Assembly (NCBI RefSeq): GCF_016433145.1
Contig: NC_058131.1
Coordinates: 61,767,974 to 61,831,973, forward strand
DNA from: Gracilinanus agilis
Taxonomy: Eukaryota
Direction: 5' to 3'
Length of the DNA: 64,000 nt
Positions 37,449 to 48,182 of this stretch are shown here, in pieces. Both the position numbers and the translations under genes were made by a program. Every line of letters starts with the position of its first letter. Position 1 is the stretch's first letter. Under the pieces are notes generated by a model. That model saw only the letters and a list, made by a program, of their open reading frames with translations. It ran no database searches and was not told the origin of the DNA.

Positions 37449-37612
37449 CTGAATTTGAGTTCCGTGCGGGTTCCCAGGTCAGAGGAGAGCTGCTGGATGA
37501 GGGAGAGCAGGACAGGCTGGGACAGAGGACAAGGTGGCTGGCCAAACACCTGCTGGGGGTCCACAGTCTCACATACAAAGAGCACCAGGTTTAGGTCAGC
37601 TGCTGTCAGGGC
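37449..37612 (-). CDS. EDC4: EDC4 exon 28 (164 nt)
   Basis: ALTAADLNLVLFVCETVDPQQVFGQPPCPLSQPVLLSLIQQLSSDLGTRTELKF; cag / gttag. Confidence 0.96.
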
Positions 37613-37877
37613 CTGAGGAGGTAGGATGGGCTAGTGAGAAGAGATGATGGGAAAAACTTTGGGAGAAGACATGTGAGGAAAGAATATTGGCAGAAGTGGA
37701 AAAAAGGGTCAGGGGGTACTTGAAGATGAGCAAGAGCCGGGAGGTGATGAAAGAGGCAGGAGAGGATGCTGGACCAGGAAAGAAAAGCCCCGAGAGCTCA
37801 ACCCAGGTCTTCCTGCTCCCCCTGCTGGCAGACTGGCAGCACAGTGCTCAGCCAGGAATTTGGCTAGGTTATGGTAC

Positions 37878-38097
37878 CTGTTGGAAAGCCTGGTTGAGGT
37901 GGCCCTGCTGCAACATCTGCAAGATATGTGCCTGCTGGGCCTGGCAGTCGAGGTGGGCAGCTGGGATGGGTGTGCCAGCAGCAGAACGCATGGCCTGCAT
38001 GATGCTAGAAGTAACTGCTGCCTGTTGCTCCTTCATGGCCAGACTTACTTCCCCCTTTATGATGCGCTGCACCTGGGACAGGATTGACTCCTGCATG
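37878..38097 (-). CDS. EDC4: EDC4 exon 27 (220 nt)
   Basis: MQESILSQVQRIIKGEVSLAMKEQQAAVTSSIMQAMRSAAGTP...GHLNQAFQQ; tag / gtacc. Confidence 0.96.
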
Positions 38098-38159
38098 CTA
38101 GAAGAGGAATAAGGCTGAAGCACTGACCCAGCTCTTTTATAACATAAGATCATCTAGTC

Positions 38160-38359
38160 CAGTGATGGGCAAACTATAGCGGGCCAGATGCAGCCCCCTG
38201 AAATGTTCTATCTGGTCATGCGACATTATTCCTAATCTGACAAATACAATGAGTAGGATACAATACAATGAAACTTTGGAAGAGATGCCTTAGAAACAGA
38301 CTAACAGATGAGCATTTCCTTTCCTTTGGCCCCCTCTTTAAAAAGTTTGCCCATCACTG
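38160..38359. mobile_element. Non-autonomous hAT (Charlie-type) DNA transposon / MITE, 200 bp, in EDC4 intron 26
   Basis: Perfect 16-bp TIRs CAGTGATGGGCAAACT (38160-38175 and 38344-38359) and a perfect 8-bp TSD ATCTAGTC (38152-38159 and 38360-38367). Confidence 0.92.
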
Positions 38360-38389
38360 ATCTAGTCCAAATTTTGTTTGCATCAAATT

Positions 38390-39420
38390 AAAGTTTTTAT
38401 GTAAACAAAACCAATGGAACTAAAATTAGAAGGAAAAGTTATCTAGGAAAAAAAATCTCTGCAACATGATCCTCTGAGAAAAGTCTTGTTTCCAAGATGT
38501 GTAAGGAATTGATTTAACATTTAAGAATAAGAGCCCTTCTTCAATTGATAAAAGTTACTGTTTACATAAAATAATATAAAATGTTTTCAGAGGAAGAAAT
38601 CTAAATTAACAACAAAATGAAAAACTGCTCCAGATTACTACTAACTAGAAGAATGCAAATTAAAGCAACTGTGAGATTGTACCTCAGACTAATGAAATTG
38701 TCAAAGATGACTTGCAACAAAAAAGGAATATGATTGGTGGAATTGTATGGAAAACAGGAACATTAATGAAGGTAATATTGACAAAAAGTTACTAAACCAT
38801 GCATATATCCTCTATCCCAGAAATATTGAAGAAAGAGGAAAAGTACCTATATGCAGAGAAATATTTTTAAGTAGTCCTTTTTGCAGTGACAAAAACATTG
38901 GAAACTGAGGGGGATGCCCATCATTTGAGAGAATGGCTGAACAAGTTAAGGGCATGGTTTCAAAGGAGAGGGGGAAGACTCATATGAACTGATGCAGAAT
39001 GGAATGAATAGAAGAATTTTAAAAGTAACAAAAACATCATAAAGACAAATAACTTTCAAAGGCTTATTCTGGTCAATGAAATGATTCCCCACGATTCCTG
39101 AGGGTCCTGAAGAACTATGCTAGAGAGGTGATAGATTCATGATGCAGAAAGAAATACACATTTTTGGACATGGTTAATGTACTGATTTGTTTTGTCTATT
39201 TTAAAAAATGAGTAACCAGTTAATTATACAGATTAATAGTTCTTGAACATACAAGCTCCAGAGGAGCAATTGGGTCTTTAAATGTCAAATGAATTTTTAC
39301 CCTTATATCCAGATGGACATAATGTATTTTAGGTTTTTGAAATTTTTTTTTAAACTGGAGGCAGAGGAGGGAGAGAAATTAAATGCTTGTTAATTGAGAA
39401 AAAAGATAAGAGTTAAAAAA
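38390..39420 (+). mobile_element. Old LINE-1 ORF2-end / 3' fragments, antisense in EDC4 intron 26
   Basis: A-rich degenerate L1 ORF2-end motifs (gaatgcaaattaaagcaactgtgag..., gatgcccatcatttgagagaatggctgaacaag). Confidence 0.65.
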
Positions 39421-40017
39421 GATTTAGCCAAAACATCCCATTTTACAGGTAAGGAAAAGGGAATGAGCATTTATGAAGTGTTTAATTTACTATATATGTA
39501 CTAGGTTCTATGCTAATAAGCACTTTAAAAATATCTCATTTGATCTTCACAGCCCAGGAAGGCAAATGCTATTAATCTCCCCATTTCATAGTTAAGTGAA
39601 CTGAGGCACACAGATTTGCCCGGGGTCATCCAACTATAAGGAACTGAGCATGGACTTGAACTCTAGTCCTCTTGATCCATGATGCTACCAACTGCCTCCC
39701 AGAGAAGGGAGATAGCAAGTGTCCCAAATCACCCAGTTATTTTTCCACTGAACTGGGAGATGAACAAATGTAAATGACTTCCTATCCTAGACAACAGACC
39801 CCCTGGGTTGGCTCCACCCCTGATGTCCAGGCCCTGCCAACTAGCTGTGTGAATGTGGGCAAATCATTGCACTTCTTCTTTGGGGTTCCTCAACCTTAAG
39901 CCCATCTCTATTAGCAAAAGAAAAGAATCCTTTCCTTGTGCCATGCCTGTGGGCCACTGTACAATGCAATGTTAGAACCCTCTTCTCTTTCCATGGGGTC
40001 GCCTATCTCCAACTCAC

Positions 40018-40204
40018 TTGCTCACAGCAATGTGGAGTTGGTGCTGGACCTCAGCCCGCACGCTGCTGCTCACAGTGGCTGCCATCTGTTCTGTGGCACT
40101 CTGCAAGGTGCCCACCAGTCCTCGAAGCTGAGCTAGCACCGGCTCTCGTGCTTCCTGTTCTCTCGCCTTCCGACTCTTCATGTGGTTCTCTAACTGCTGC
40201 AGGT
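40018..40204 (-). CDS. EDC4: EDC4 exon 26 (187 nt)
   Basis: LQQLENHMKSRKAREQEAREPVLAQLRGLVGTLQSATEQMAATV...HIAVS; cag / gtgag. Confidence 0.95.
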
Positions 40205-40363
40205 CTGAAGTTGGGGAGGGCAGAAGAGGGGGAGCTCAGTTATTGCTGAGACTCTAGACTTTAAGGACAAATTCCTAAAGGGGGGGGAGGGGAACTAAAT
40301 AAGGAAGGGAAGGAGCTTCCCCTCAGTGTAGAGGGCCAAGATCTGCATAAGAATATCACTCAC

Positions 40364-40529
40364 ATTCCTGGGTACCAAGCTTGAAGCTGTCATTGATCTG
40401 CTGGAACATGGCCTGGCAGCTCTTCTCAAAAGTGGGCAGCACAATGCTCTGGAAGGCCTCTCGGTAGGCAGCCTGCATAGGCCCTTGAAGCGTATCTGTA
40501 GTGGCACGGGCAATCGTGTCGGTCAGGTT
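40364..40529 (-). CDS. EDC4: EDC4 exon 25 (166 nt)
   Basis: NLTDTIARATTDTLQGPMQAAYREAFQSIVLPTFEKSCQAMFQQINDSFKLGTQE; tag / gtgag. Confidence 0.95.
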
Positions 40530-40667
40530 CTAAAGAAAATAATGGAAAACAGCACCAATATGTGAATTCCATGAGAACCCTCACCTCCATTTCAGAGGAA
40601 ACAACACCCCTATCACCACCTGTAGATATATTCAAAGATCTGAGACTCCCTGAAACAGGCTCCATAC

Positions 40668-40783
40668 CTTGGACTTGACCAGCTTGGTGACATTCTCCTT
40701 TAGGGTGCCTTCCACTGCTGTCAATTTGGCTGCCACAGTACCACTCAGCTGGTTTGTCACTGGCTCCAAGCTTTTGGAAACAC
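40668..40783 (-). CDS. EDC4: EDC4 exon 24 (116 nt)
   Basis: VSKSLEPVTNQLSGTVAAKLTAVEGTLKENVTKLVKSK; tag / gtatgg. Confidence 0.95.
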
Positions 40784-40949
40784 CTATGCCAGAGTAGAAA
40801 TAATAAAGGGATGGTTTAGGCTGAGATTCTTTCCTAGGGACAATGGACTGAATTGGTAGGTTGGATAAGAAAAGAAGGGGCCCCAGGGTTGCTAAATTCT
40901 TTTGCTACTGTACCTCCCACATTATGCTCACAAATATAATTTTACTCAC

Positions 40950-41105
40950 ACTGGGGAACCGTTTTCTTCATCTCTTCTCTAACTGTGCGCTCCAGTCGGC
41001 CTGCTACAGCTGAGGACAAGGCCTGGGACAACTGCTGTGACAAGTGTTCCTGCAGCTGCCCACTACGCTGCTGCCCCTCAGCCAGGGCCCGCTCTAACCG
41101 TCTCT
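40950..41105 (-). CDS. EDC4: EDC4 exon 23 (156 nt)
   Basis: RRLERALAEGQQRSGQLQEHLSQQLSQALSSAVAGRLERTVREEMKKTVPQ; cag / gtgag. Confidence 0.95.
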
Positions 41106-41461
41106 CTGAATTGCTGGCTAAGGAAATCTGCAGGCCCAAGTAGGTCAAGGAACTTCTACCACTATCCCTCCACCTGCTTCTAGCAAAGACTAGAAGAAGC
41201 CCACATGAGCTCTGGGCCCTTGGACATTCCCCAAATAACCTTGGGCTCTATAAAACACAAAGATTATGATTCCCCTTTTACAAAGGAGGAGTACTGAGGC
41301 TCCAAATCAAAAAGACTTGGCCTGAGTATCACAGCTAGTACTCACAGCTAAATCTCCAGAGCTCTTTCTTTGCTATGACAATGCTAGCAATTCTTAACAG
41401 ACACCCTGAGCTGGCCCTGGGGGTCTGTAGCCAGGCCCCCTCACACTGCCCTCAAGGATAC

Positions 41462-41639
41462 GCTCATGTTCTTGTCGAGACTCCAGAACTCTCTCCACAT
41501 GGCCCATGATTGAGCTCTGCACTGAGTCCAGCTGGTCTGTTAGCCGCTGTAGTAGCTCTGCATGACTCTGTCGGAGCTCGGCAAGCTCCCGCTGCTGTCC
41601 TCGAACCACAGCCAGCCATTCTTCAGGGGGTTCTGCTGC
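41462..41639 (-). CDS. EDC4: EDC4 exon 22 (178 nt)
   Basis: AAEPPEEWLAVVRGQQRELAELRQSHAELLQRL...ESRQEHE; cag / gtatcc. Confidence 0.94.
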
Positions 41640-41864
41640 CTGGCATAGGGACATGCATATCACTCTGGGTTGAGGGCACCATGCCCTCTCCTGACTGCTC
41701 CACCTCAGGCAAGACCTAGGATGTCTCAAAACAGAGCCCTGCTTGCTTGAAAGACAGCCTTTCAAGACTTGCCAGAGGGGAGAGAAGAGTCTTGGCTTGA
41801 GGGGCTATCTAGTTATGAAGGGAAGGAGAAAAGAGTCTAGTAAGAGGGAGAACTTTGAGCTCAC

Positions 41865-41901
41865 CTGGTGTTCTACCAGTCGGGGACCCTGGGACAAGTC
41901 T
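41865..41901 (-). CDS. EDC4: EDC4 exon 21 (37 nt)
   Basis: DLSQGPRLVEHQ; cag / gtgag; phases match the neighbouring exons. Confidence 0.88.
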
Positions 41902-42051
41902 CTGCAACAAGAAAAGAATCTAATGAGATTTGATGGCGTGGGACCTTACAGGAAAAGGGTGGGAAAAGTAGGAAAAACAAGAGGCCACGGGAATAGGACA
42001 GGATTTTTGATCCCCTCAGGGCCCTACCTGCTGCCCTATGGCTCCACCTAC

Positions 42052-42204
42052 CCATCATCCTTCTTGCCCTTTCTCTTCAGCTTGGGTGAGGCCCTGGGAG
42101 ACCCCTTGGTTTTCCAGTCCTTCACTGGCAGTCGTGGGGCCGTTGCTTTGGCAACGAAGCCCCCTGAGGTTGAGGCCAAGCTGGCCACCTCATCATCATG
42201 GTCA
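42052..42204 (-). CDS. EDC4: EDC4 exon 20 (153 nt)
   Basis: DHDDEVASLASTSGGF...KDWKTKGSPRASPKLKRKGKKDD; cag / gtagg. Confidence 0.95.
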
Positions 42205-42433
42205 CTGTTGGGGTGGGAGAAGGCAGTGAACACCTACTCACATTTATACCTCCCTGCCCACTCCACCCAATGGCCCCCATGGACAAGATAGGGATGGTCA
42301 GGACACTTGCCAAACAAGGAGATTTGGGGCTCAGGACCCAGCACTGAAGCCCTGAATTAGGCTGATATGGATGGGATGGAGAAGGGGGGATTCCTGGGTG
42401 GTTGGAGCAGTGGAGGGGTTGGGGGTGGAGCAC

Positions 42434-42535
42434 CTCTGCTCAGCGCTGGCATCCTGACTATCCTGTTGTAGCAGATGGTAGGCGTGCCGGTGGTAGGAAG
42501 AGCCCTTGTGTTTCTCCTGAACATCATCCCTGGGA
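42434..42535 (-). CDS. EDC4: EDC4 exon 19 (102 nt)
   Basis: PRDDVQEKHKGSSYHRHAYHLLQQDSQDASAEQ; cag / gtgctc (weak donor). Confidence 0.92.
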
Positions 42536-42879
42536 CTGTGTATAATTTTGAGGGTGAGGGAGATGATGAGAAAGGCCAGAGAACAAAGGACCATTCCCAC
42601 ACCCATTCACAAGATCCTGTGCTAGGGGAACAAGGAGATACAGGACAGAAGCCCCCCACCCCACCTTCCTAGGGCTGTGAAGTTTTCATATTTGTACTGG
42701 TGGCAGTGTGGGGAAGAAGTGCCAAGGGTATGAGTGCTGCCTGCCATGACTGTTCAAGAACAGCATGACTAAGACTGTAATCCCAGAAACTAGTAAAGGC
42801 AGAGACTAGAGCTAAGAAGAAGAGAAAGAACAGGAAGAGTGAGGTAGAGAGGGGTAGCCCACTCCACCTTGGCCTTTAC

Positions 42880-43313
42880 CTGTCAGCCAGGCTGTTGCGG
42901 GTTTCCCGGGTGATATCAGGTGCAGCAGGCCAGGCCTTACTGTCAGAAGCACCAGTCTCCTGGCTCAGCGCCGTCTCCAGTAGGGAAGGTGTACTCCGCC
43001 TCTCCCCCTCCCCAGTACTCCCATCCAGACTGTGCTGGGGGCCATGCTCAGGGCCAGGCCGGGGCCGGGGGGATAGCAGGTGGAGGGCCGAGGCAGCAGA
43101 TGCCATGCTGTCAGGCTCAAGGCCCTCAGGAGCAGTGGTGCCAAAGCCTCGGGATAGAGCCTCTGAGGCAATCTCAGGGATGTCCTGGGATAGGGCTGTG
43201 GAGGCTGAGGAGATGACGTCGGGGGAGCGGGCCCGGGTCGGAGAGGCCTGTGGCACCACCAGGGGCTCTACCTCCTGCAGCTCCAGGGACAGTGATGGGT
43301 TCCCTTGTGGGAC
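42880..43313 (-). CDS. EDC4: EDC4 exon 18 (434 nt)
   Basis: VPQGNPSLSLELQEVEP...RSPDVISSASTALSQDIPEIASEALSRGFG...NSLAD; cag / gtaaa. Confidence 0.95.
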
Positions 43314-43396
43314 CTGCCCAGAGAGCTCCCACTTAACCACTGCCCAGCTCCCTCCTAACCCCCAGTCATTCCACTTCCCAGAACCTGCTAACCCAC

Positions 43397-43550
43397 CTGG
43401 CTGGGCCCCTTAGTAGCTAGTTTATCAGAGAGGCCTGGGATGAGGACGCTGTGACCGCGGGGACTAGCCTGAAGGCTGCTACTGCTGCTGCTCAGGGTCA
43501 GACTGCTGTCTAGCTGCAGCTTGGGACTCAGGGTCAGCTCCTCAGGTGGC
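43397..43550 (-). CDS. EDC4: EDC4 exon 17 (154 nt)
   Basis: PPEELTLSPKLQLDSSLTLSSSSSSLQASPRG...KGPSQ; cag / gtggg. Confidence 0.93.
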
Positions 43551-43650
43551 CTGAATTAGGGGAAAAAGGCCGATCTTGTACAGAAGTCCTCTAACCCCTA
43601 ACTCTGCAACCCTTTATGCCTCTTTCCAATTCTAGGATTCTTCCTCTCAC

Positions 43651-43739
43651 CTGGGCATGGTTGTATCTGTGCCTGAGGTGGTATTCAAAGCTGTCACAGT
43701 TGTTAAAGAGCTCCCACTGCTCCCTGGGGACACTGTGAT
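43651..43739 (-). CDS. EDC4: EDC4 exon 16 (89 nt)
   Basis: ITVSPGSSGSSLTTVTALNTTSGTDTTMP; tag / gtgag; phases match exons 15 and 17. Confidence 0.9.
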
Positions 43740-43893
43740 CTATGGAGACATGAGGATGGCGGAACAATTGGCTTGAGAGTCCCAAAGCCCAGAAAGGCTT
43801 GGCATTCTGTGACTTAGTACAATTTATTCATCTTTTCTGGACTTTACAATGAAGGCAGCACTGAACTAGCCCCTCCCCTGCCCAGGGATATAC

Positions 43894-44090
43894 CTGTTGC
43901 AGAGAGGCGCTTGGAGTCATGAAGGCATCAGGAGTCATGAGCTTGGGCTTGGCCTCATTAGTCAAGCTGAGAAAGTCGGAAGGGACAGGCAGGTCAGCTA
44001 TTCGTCGAAGGTCAGGCTGAGAGCCCTGGCCAGAACCCTGGCCAGAGGCCAGACTTTCTGAGTTCAACTCTGGCAGGTGCTCGCCAAATC
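43894..44090 (-). CDS. EDC4: EDC4 exon 15 (197 nt)
   Basis: FGEHLPELNSESLASGQGSGQGSQPDLRRIADLP...KPKLMTPDAFMTPSASLQQ; tag / gtata. Confidence 0.95.
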
Positions 44091-44211
44091 CTAGGGGAGA
44101 AAAAAGCATCCCTGAGGTCTGTCCTTTTCAGAAAAAGACAGAGACAGAAAATGAAGCTGGACCCCTTCCCCTTTTTGCCCTACCACAAGAAGTATGAGCC
44201 CCACCACTCAC

Positions 44212-44303
44212 CAAAATCTTCCCGGGATGAATGGGAAGGGAGTGGGGCCACCACATCAGGGCTCTGCTGGGGCTGGAAGCGAATCTGAACATCCTGCAGG
44301 GCC
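44212..44303 (-). CDS. EDC4: EDC4 exon 14 (92 nt)
   Basis: ALQDVQIRFQPQQSPDVVAPLPSHSSREDF; cag / gtgag. Confidence 0.95.
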
Positions 44304-44427
44304 CTGGCAAGGAAGAAGACCTTGCTGCTCACCAGGAGTAGCCCTTTGAGGGTGAGCTCCTTAGGGGGTAGGGCTCCAAGTCCCTCAGCTGAGACTAGCC
44401 CAGAGGTTTCTAGGGGTAGGTACTTAC

Positions 44428-44500
44428 TTGGTGTGGACACAGAAGAGCTTGATAAGAACACCCGCTGCCGACTCGACTGTGCCAGCACCATGGGAGCCCT
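44428..44500 (-). CDS. EDC4: EDC4 exon 13 (73 nt)
   Basis: GSHGAGTVESAAGVLIKLFCVHT; cag / gtaag. Confidence 0.95.
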
Positions 44501-44629
44501 CTGTAAAGACAATGATATAACTTGATGGATAGTCATCTTCTTCCCATTTCTCTAGCTCCTAGAGCTGAGCCAGAGCAGCTAGTTTGCTTGGTTGGGGGGC
44601 TGGGGGCTGGGGTGGTAAATTAGACTTAC

Positions 44630-44810
44630 CTGTGCTCAAGCTGTCCCCTTCCTCCTCAGCTGGGAGAACCTCCGTGTGCCGAAGCCGGCAGCGGCTCACG
44701 ACCTGAATTCCAAAGCTCAGCACAGGGTGGGTAAGCAGGAACTCGGAAATGGAACTAAAGTAAGCCCTGCCTTCTTCCTGGTTTTGCAGCAGTTCCATCA
44801 CATACAGCAC
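44630..44810 (-). CDS. EDC4: EDC4 exon 12 (181 nt)
   Basis: VLYVMELLQNQEEGRAYFSSISEFLLTHPVLSFGIQVVSRCRLRHTEVLPAEEEGDSLST; tag / gtaag. Confidence 0.96.
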
Positions 44811-44972
44811 CTATACACAGTACCCAAAGAGCCGGCTCAGACTATCAGATTATCTGGAGAACCAAGACCTTCCCTCAGATCTCATTCCAGAGAGAAAGAT
44901 CTTCATCAGGAAGTCACATCTCACTGCCATCCAACTCCTGGATAACTCCTAATTTCTTCACCTAAGGCCTAC

Positions 44973-45075
44973 CTTTCTCTGCACATCACTGAGGATAAGG
45001 TATTCAGCTGAAAGGTCCAGACAGGCCTTGAGGCTGGGAGGCACACTCACTGAACTAAATATATCTGGACAAAAG
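44973..45075 (-). CDS. EDC4: EDC4 exon 11 (103 nt)
   Basis: FCPDIFSSVSVPPSLKACLDLSAEYLILSDVQRK; tag / gtagg. Confidence 0.95.
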
Positions 45076-45198
45076 CTAAGGGGATACAGAGGAGAGAAGC
45101 ATTAGTGCAAATGGGCCTCCATCCAAGAGTGGGGGTCAAGGCCCATAGCCTCCAAATCTGCTCAACCTTTCAAGCCCCACTTCCCCACCTCCACTCAC

Positions 45199-45294
45199 CG
45201 AATGGTCTGCAAACAGGTCCATGATACTGTACACCACATCTTTAGTTCCCGGTTTTGGTCAGCTCCTGTGATGAGGAACCTCCAGAAGGGGACT
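45199..45294 (-). CDS. EDC4: EDC4 exon 10 (96 nt)
   Basis: VPFWRFLITGADQNRELKMWCTVSWTCLQTI; cag / gtgag. Confidence 0.96.
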
Positions 45295-45520
45295 CTGCGA
45301 AACAAGGAGGAGCTTGGGGGTGGAGTGGGGGAGTGGGCATGGGCTCTTGGGGCCTTATTTGCCATTACCCACCCTCCCTTCTCCACTGGCAATATCACCC
45401 TATCCTTCGCTCCATGGTGTTCCCCCAAAGTTCCCAGGTCCTTTCTGCCACCCTCAATATTCCTGGCCTAAATCTTCTGGAGGGCCCAAAAGTAAAGGAA
45501 GAGGGAGGGAGCAGGCTCAC

Positions 45521-45604
45521 TCAGGGTCTTGTTTCTTGTGGTTGTCACAGAACAGAAGGCAGGAGAGGGGCCTGCCATCATGAGGCTTCCATTCATGGAG
45601 ACAC
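45521..45604 (-). CDS. EDC4: EDC4 exon 9 (84 nt)
   Basis: CLHEWKPHDGRPLSCLLFCDNHKKQDP; cag / gtgag. Confidence 0.96.
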
Positions 45605-45788
45605 CTGCAATGAAAATTGTGTGAAGATTGTCCAGGTACACAAACTGTCACTGGAGTTACAGAGATCCTACTTTCTAGACTCCATTAATCCTGTCTCTGC
45701 CAAACTCAGTCCCCAGCCTGATTATACTTCCATACCAAAACAACAAGCCAGTCCCTAGATCCACCTCCATCCCGCCAACTCGCCTTAC

Positions 45789-45898
45789 CTTGGCTCATCT
45801 TGGCCCTCTATATAGATCTGCCAGAACTTGACAAAGCCATCGTGACTTGCAGTGGCTAGAACAGTCCCATCAGGAGAGAGAGCTCCTTCACTCAGGCA
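45789..45898 (-). CDS. EDC4: EDC4 exon 8 (110 nt)
   Basis: CLSEGALSPDGTVLATASHDGFVKFWQIYIEGQDEP; tag / gtaag. Confidence 0.96.
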
Positions 45899-47029
45899 CT
45901 AGGAGGAAAAATGACCCAACCACTCACCATCCAACCCCAGGGACCAAGAAGAAAAGGGGAAAACCAACAGTTCTCATCAACATGGATTCAGTAACATCCC
46001 GGGCACACAGCATTAGGCTACATTAGAACATAGATGAAAAATGTCTATTTTATGGATGATTTGATAGGGTAGAATCTGGACATACAAACACATAGATGTG
46101 TATGCATACCCAATGGCAAATTCTTAGAGAAGAATATCTATGGATGGGATGAATAATTAGGGAGATTAAAGGAAATCTCAGTTTCTTCCTGAGTAAGGCA
46201 TCATCTTCATATTCTCCTTAAGAACATTTTATTCTTAAGAGGTAGATTGTTTTCAAAGAGTGCCCCTTGTAAGAGGCCATAAGGTTTAAAACTCAATACT
46301 TTTATTAATAACTTCAATAACATATGAAGGCATAACTATCAAATTTACCAAAGGAAAAATACTACAGTTCAAACCCTGGATGCCAGAATCAGGGTCCAAA
46401 CCAACTTCTGTAGGCCTTAACAATGAGCTGACTTAGATAAGATTAAATTTTAAAGGGATGCTCGGAAAAGACCACAGTTGGGTTTTAGGAATCAATCACA
46501 CAGATATAAGGGAATGGTCAGGCAACAGTTCTTAGGGGGAAAAAAAATTAGGTTAGTTTCAGGAAGGGGTGGGTGAGCTTGGGAGGATCCCAAGTCCAAA
46601 GAACTAGCTAGCACCATCCAGAGAGGAAAAGCTCTTTTGAACATTGCTGTGGTCAGCCCACCTATAGATAGTGAGTCCTGGGGATTAGTCTCATTTCAGA
46701 AAGACCACTGAGAGTAGCTCCATTCTACCAGTTCCCTTGTTTTTTATTCTTACTACAAAGTACATCTGATACATGGCAAAAAGGTCATGTTTGCTGACCT
46801 GATAGAATAGACTGCTCTGTAGATACAAGTCATACTACATGGCCTCACAAAATCTAGGATTCTAAAACTACCTGGTTGGTTGAGAGATGAACATTTCTGG
46901 GCCAAATTCCTAATGTCTGGGTTTGCTGGTCTAATCCTGAATAGAGATGGCAGAGACAGCCCTGACCAAAAGCACCACACAGGTTCCATGAAAAGAGGCT
47001 TCTAATGGAAAAGGGTCTGGAGTTCTCAC

Positions 47030-47134
47030 CGTGCTATGGCCCTTAACCACTATGAAGCCTTCTTTGACATGGCTGACATCCACAGGCCAGGAGCTATTGT
47101 TGGCTCGGAGAATGTCCAGGTCCCACACCTCAGC
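47030..47134 (-). CDS. EDC4: EDC4 exon 7 (105 nt)
   Basis: AEVWDLDILRANNSSWPVDVSHVKEGFIVVKGHST; tag / gtgag. Confidence 0.96.
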
Positions 47135-47249
47135 CTAAGAAAAGGAAGAATAAGATGAGTCCTCAGACAAATAGAAAGCTTCAAGGCCAAAAGCCAGGAA
47201 TCAGAACATCCTATAGGTTGTTTCAGATAACTCTAAGGCTCTCAGCCTG

Positions 47250-47450
47250 ATATAAGAAAGAGGAGAAAAGGAGAGACATGATACTTTGAGATATGAGAGA
47301 TGAAGGAGGGAGAGATTGGGGAGAGGTTGGGAGATGGGAGAGGGAGAGAGAAATGGGAGAGGGAGGGAGACAGAGAAAGAGATATGGGAAAGAGAGAAAG
47401 AGATGGGAGAGAGAGTGATGGGAGAGAGTAATGTAGAGGAAGAGGTATAC
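47250..47450 (+). repeat. Degenerate GA-rich tandem repeat (unit about gagatgggagag) in EDC4 intron 6
   Basis: Strongly purine-rich plus strand with a recurring gatgggagag. Confidence 0.75.
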
Positions 47451-47728
47451 TGGTTCTCTCTAGCTTTGAAGTGAGAGGGTAAAAACAAGAAAAATTATGG
47501 TCACTGAAACAAGCAAGTCCTCAAATCCAGCAGCAAAAATAAAAGGCTAATTCTATCATCCCAGTTTCCTGATAACTAAACCAAAGTTGGAAATAGGCAA
47601 TTAAAGGTGCTTGGCTACTGGGAACCCCTGAAAGAGGCTGCTGCGGTCAGCAAGCCTTTTCTCTCCCTCTCCCCAACCTCCCCCTACTCCAGCTGGCCTC
47701 TGGGGTCCCTCCAGGTCTTGTCCCTTAC

Positions 47729-47876
47729 CCTGTCCTCATGCAGCAGGGCCAGAGTCTGGCTGCCCTCCTCACTGCTTTCCTCATTCTCCTCTGGGATATA
47801 TGGACACCAGATGATCCTTCGGAAGTGATTCAATGGTGTGCCCTCTGAACGTTTAATGTTCACCACAATCTCCTCT
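47729..47876 (-). CDS. EDC4: EDC4 exon 6 (148 nt)
   Basis: EEIVVNIKRSEGTPLNHFRRIIWCPYIPEE...LALLHEDR; cag / gtaag. Confidence 0.96.
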
Positions 47877-48182
47877 CTGGAACAAAGCTAAGGTCCTGGC
47901 AGATTCCTAACTCAGAGTACAGGTTCCAGGCTTTCCCCTTCCCTAGTTCAGAGCACAGGAAATCTCTGAAAGGGTCTGAGACCCTGGTTGTTCCTATTGC
48001 CCCCAAAGCTAAGCCCCAGCAGGCAGGGTACTCAGAAGGGTAGGAGCTCCCCAGGGAGCAAAAGTGGATTAAGTGAAAGTAACAGGGCCTTCCACTTTGC
48101 CAAGCACCCCCAGTCCTTGCTCCCTTAGCAATCAAGAGATACCAAGTCCCGAGCAGACCCCAACCCACTCAAGGAAGGATAC

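Noticed and set aside
38160-38359. Calling the hAT MITE a SPIN element
   Set aside because: Its TIR differs from the SPIN TIR as I recall it; family assignment needs a library search.
42895-43413. 172-aa plus-strand ORF opposite EDC4 exon 18 and similar antisense ORFs across EDC4
   Set aside because: Antisense shadows of GC-rich coding exons.
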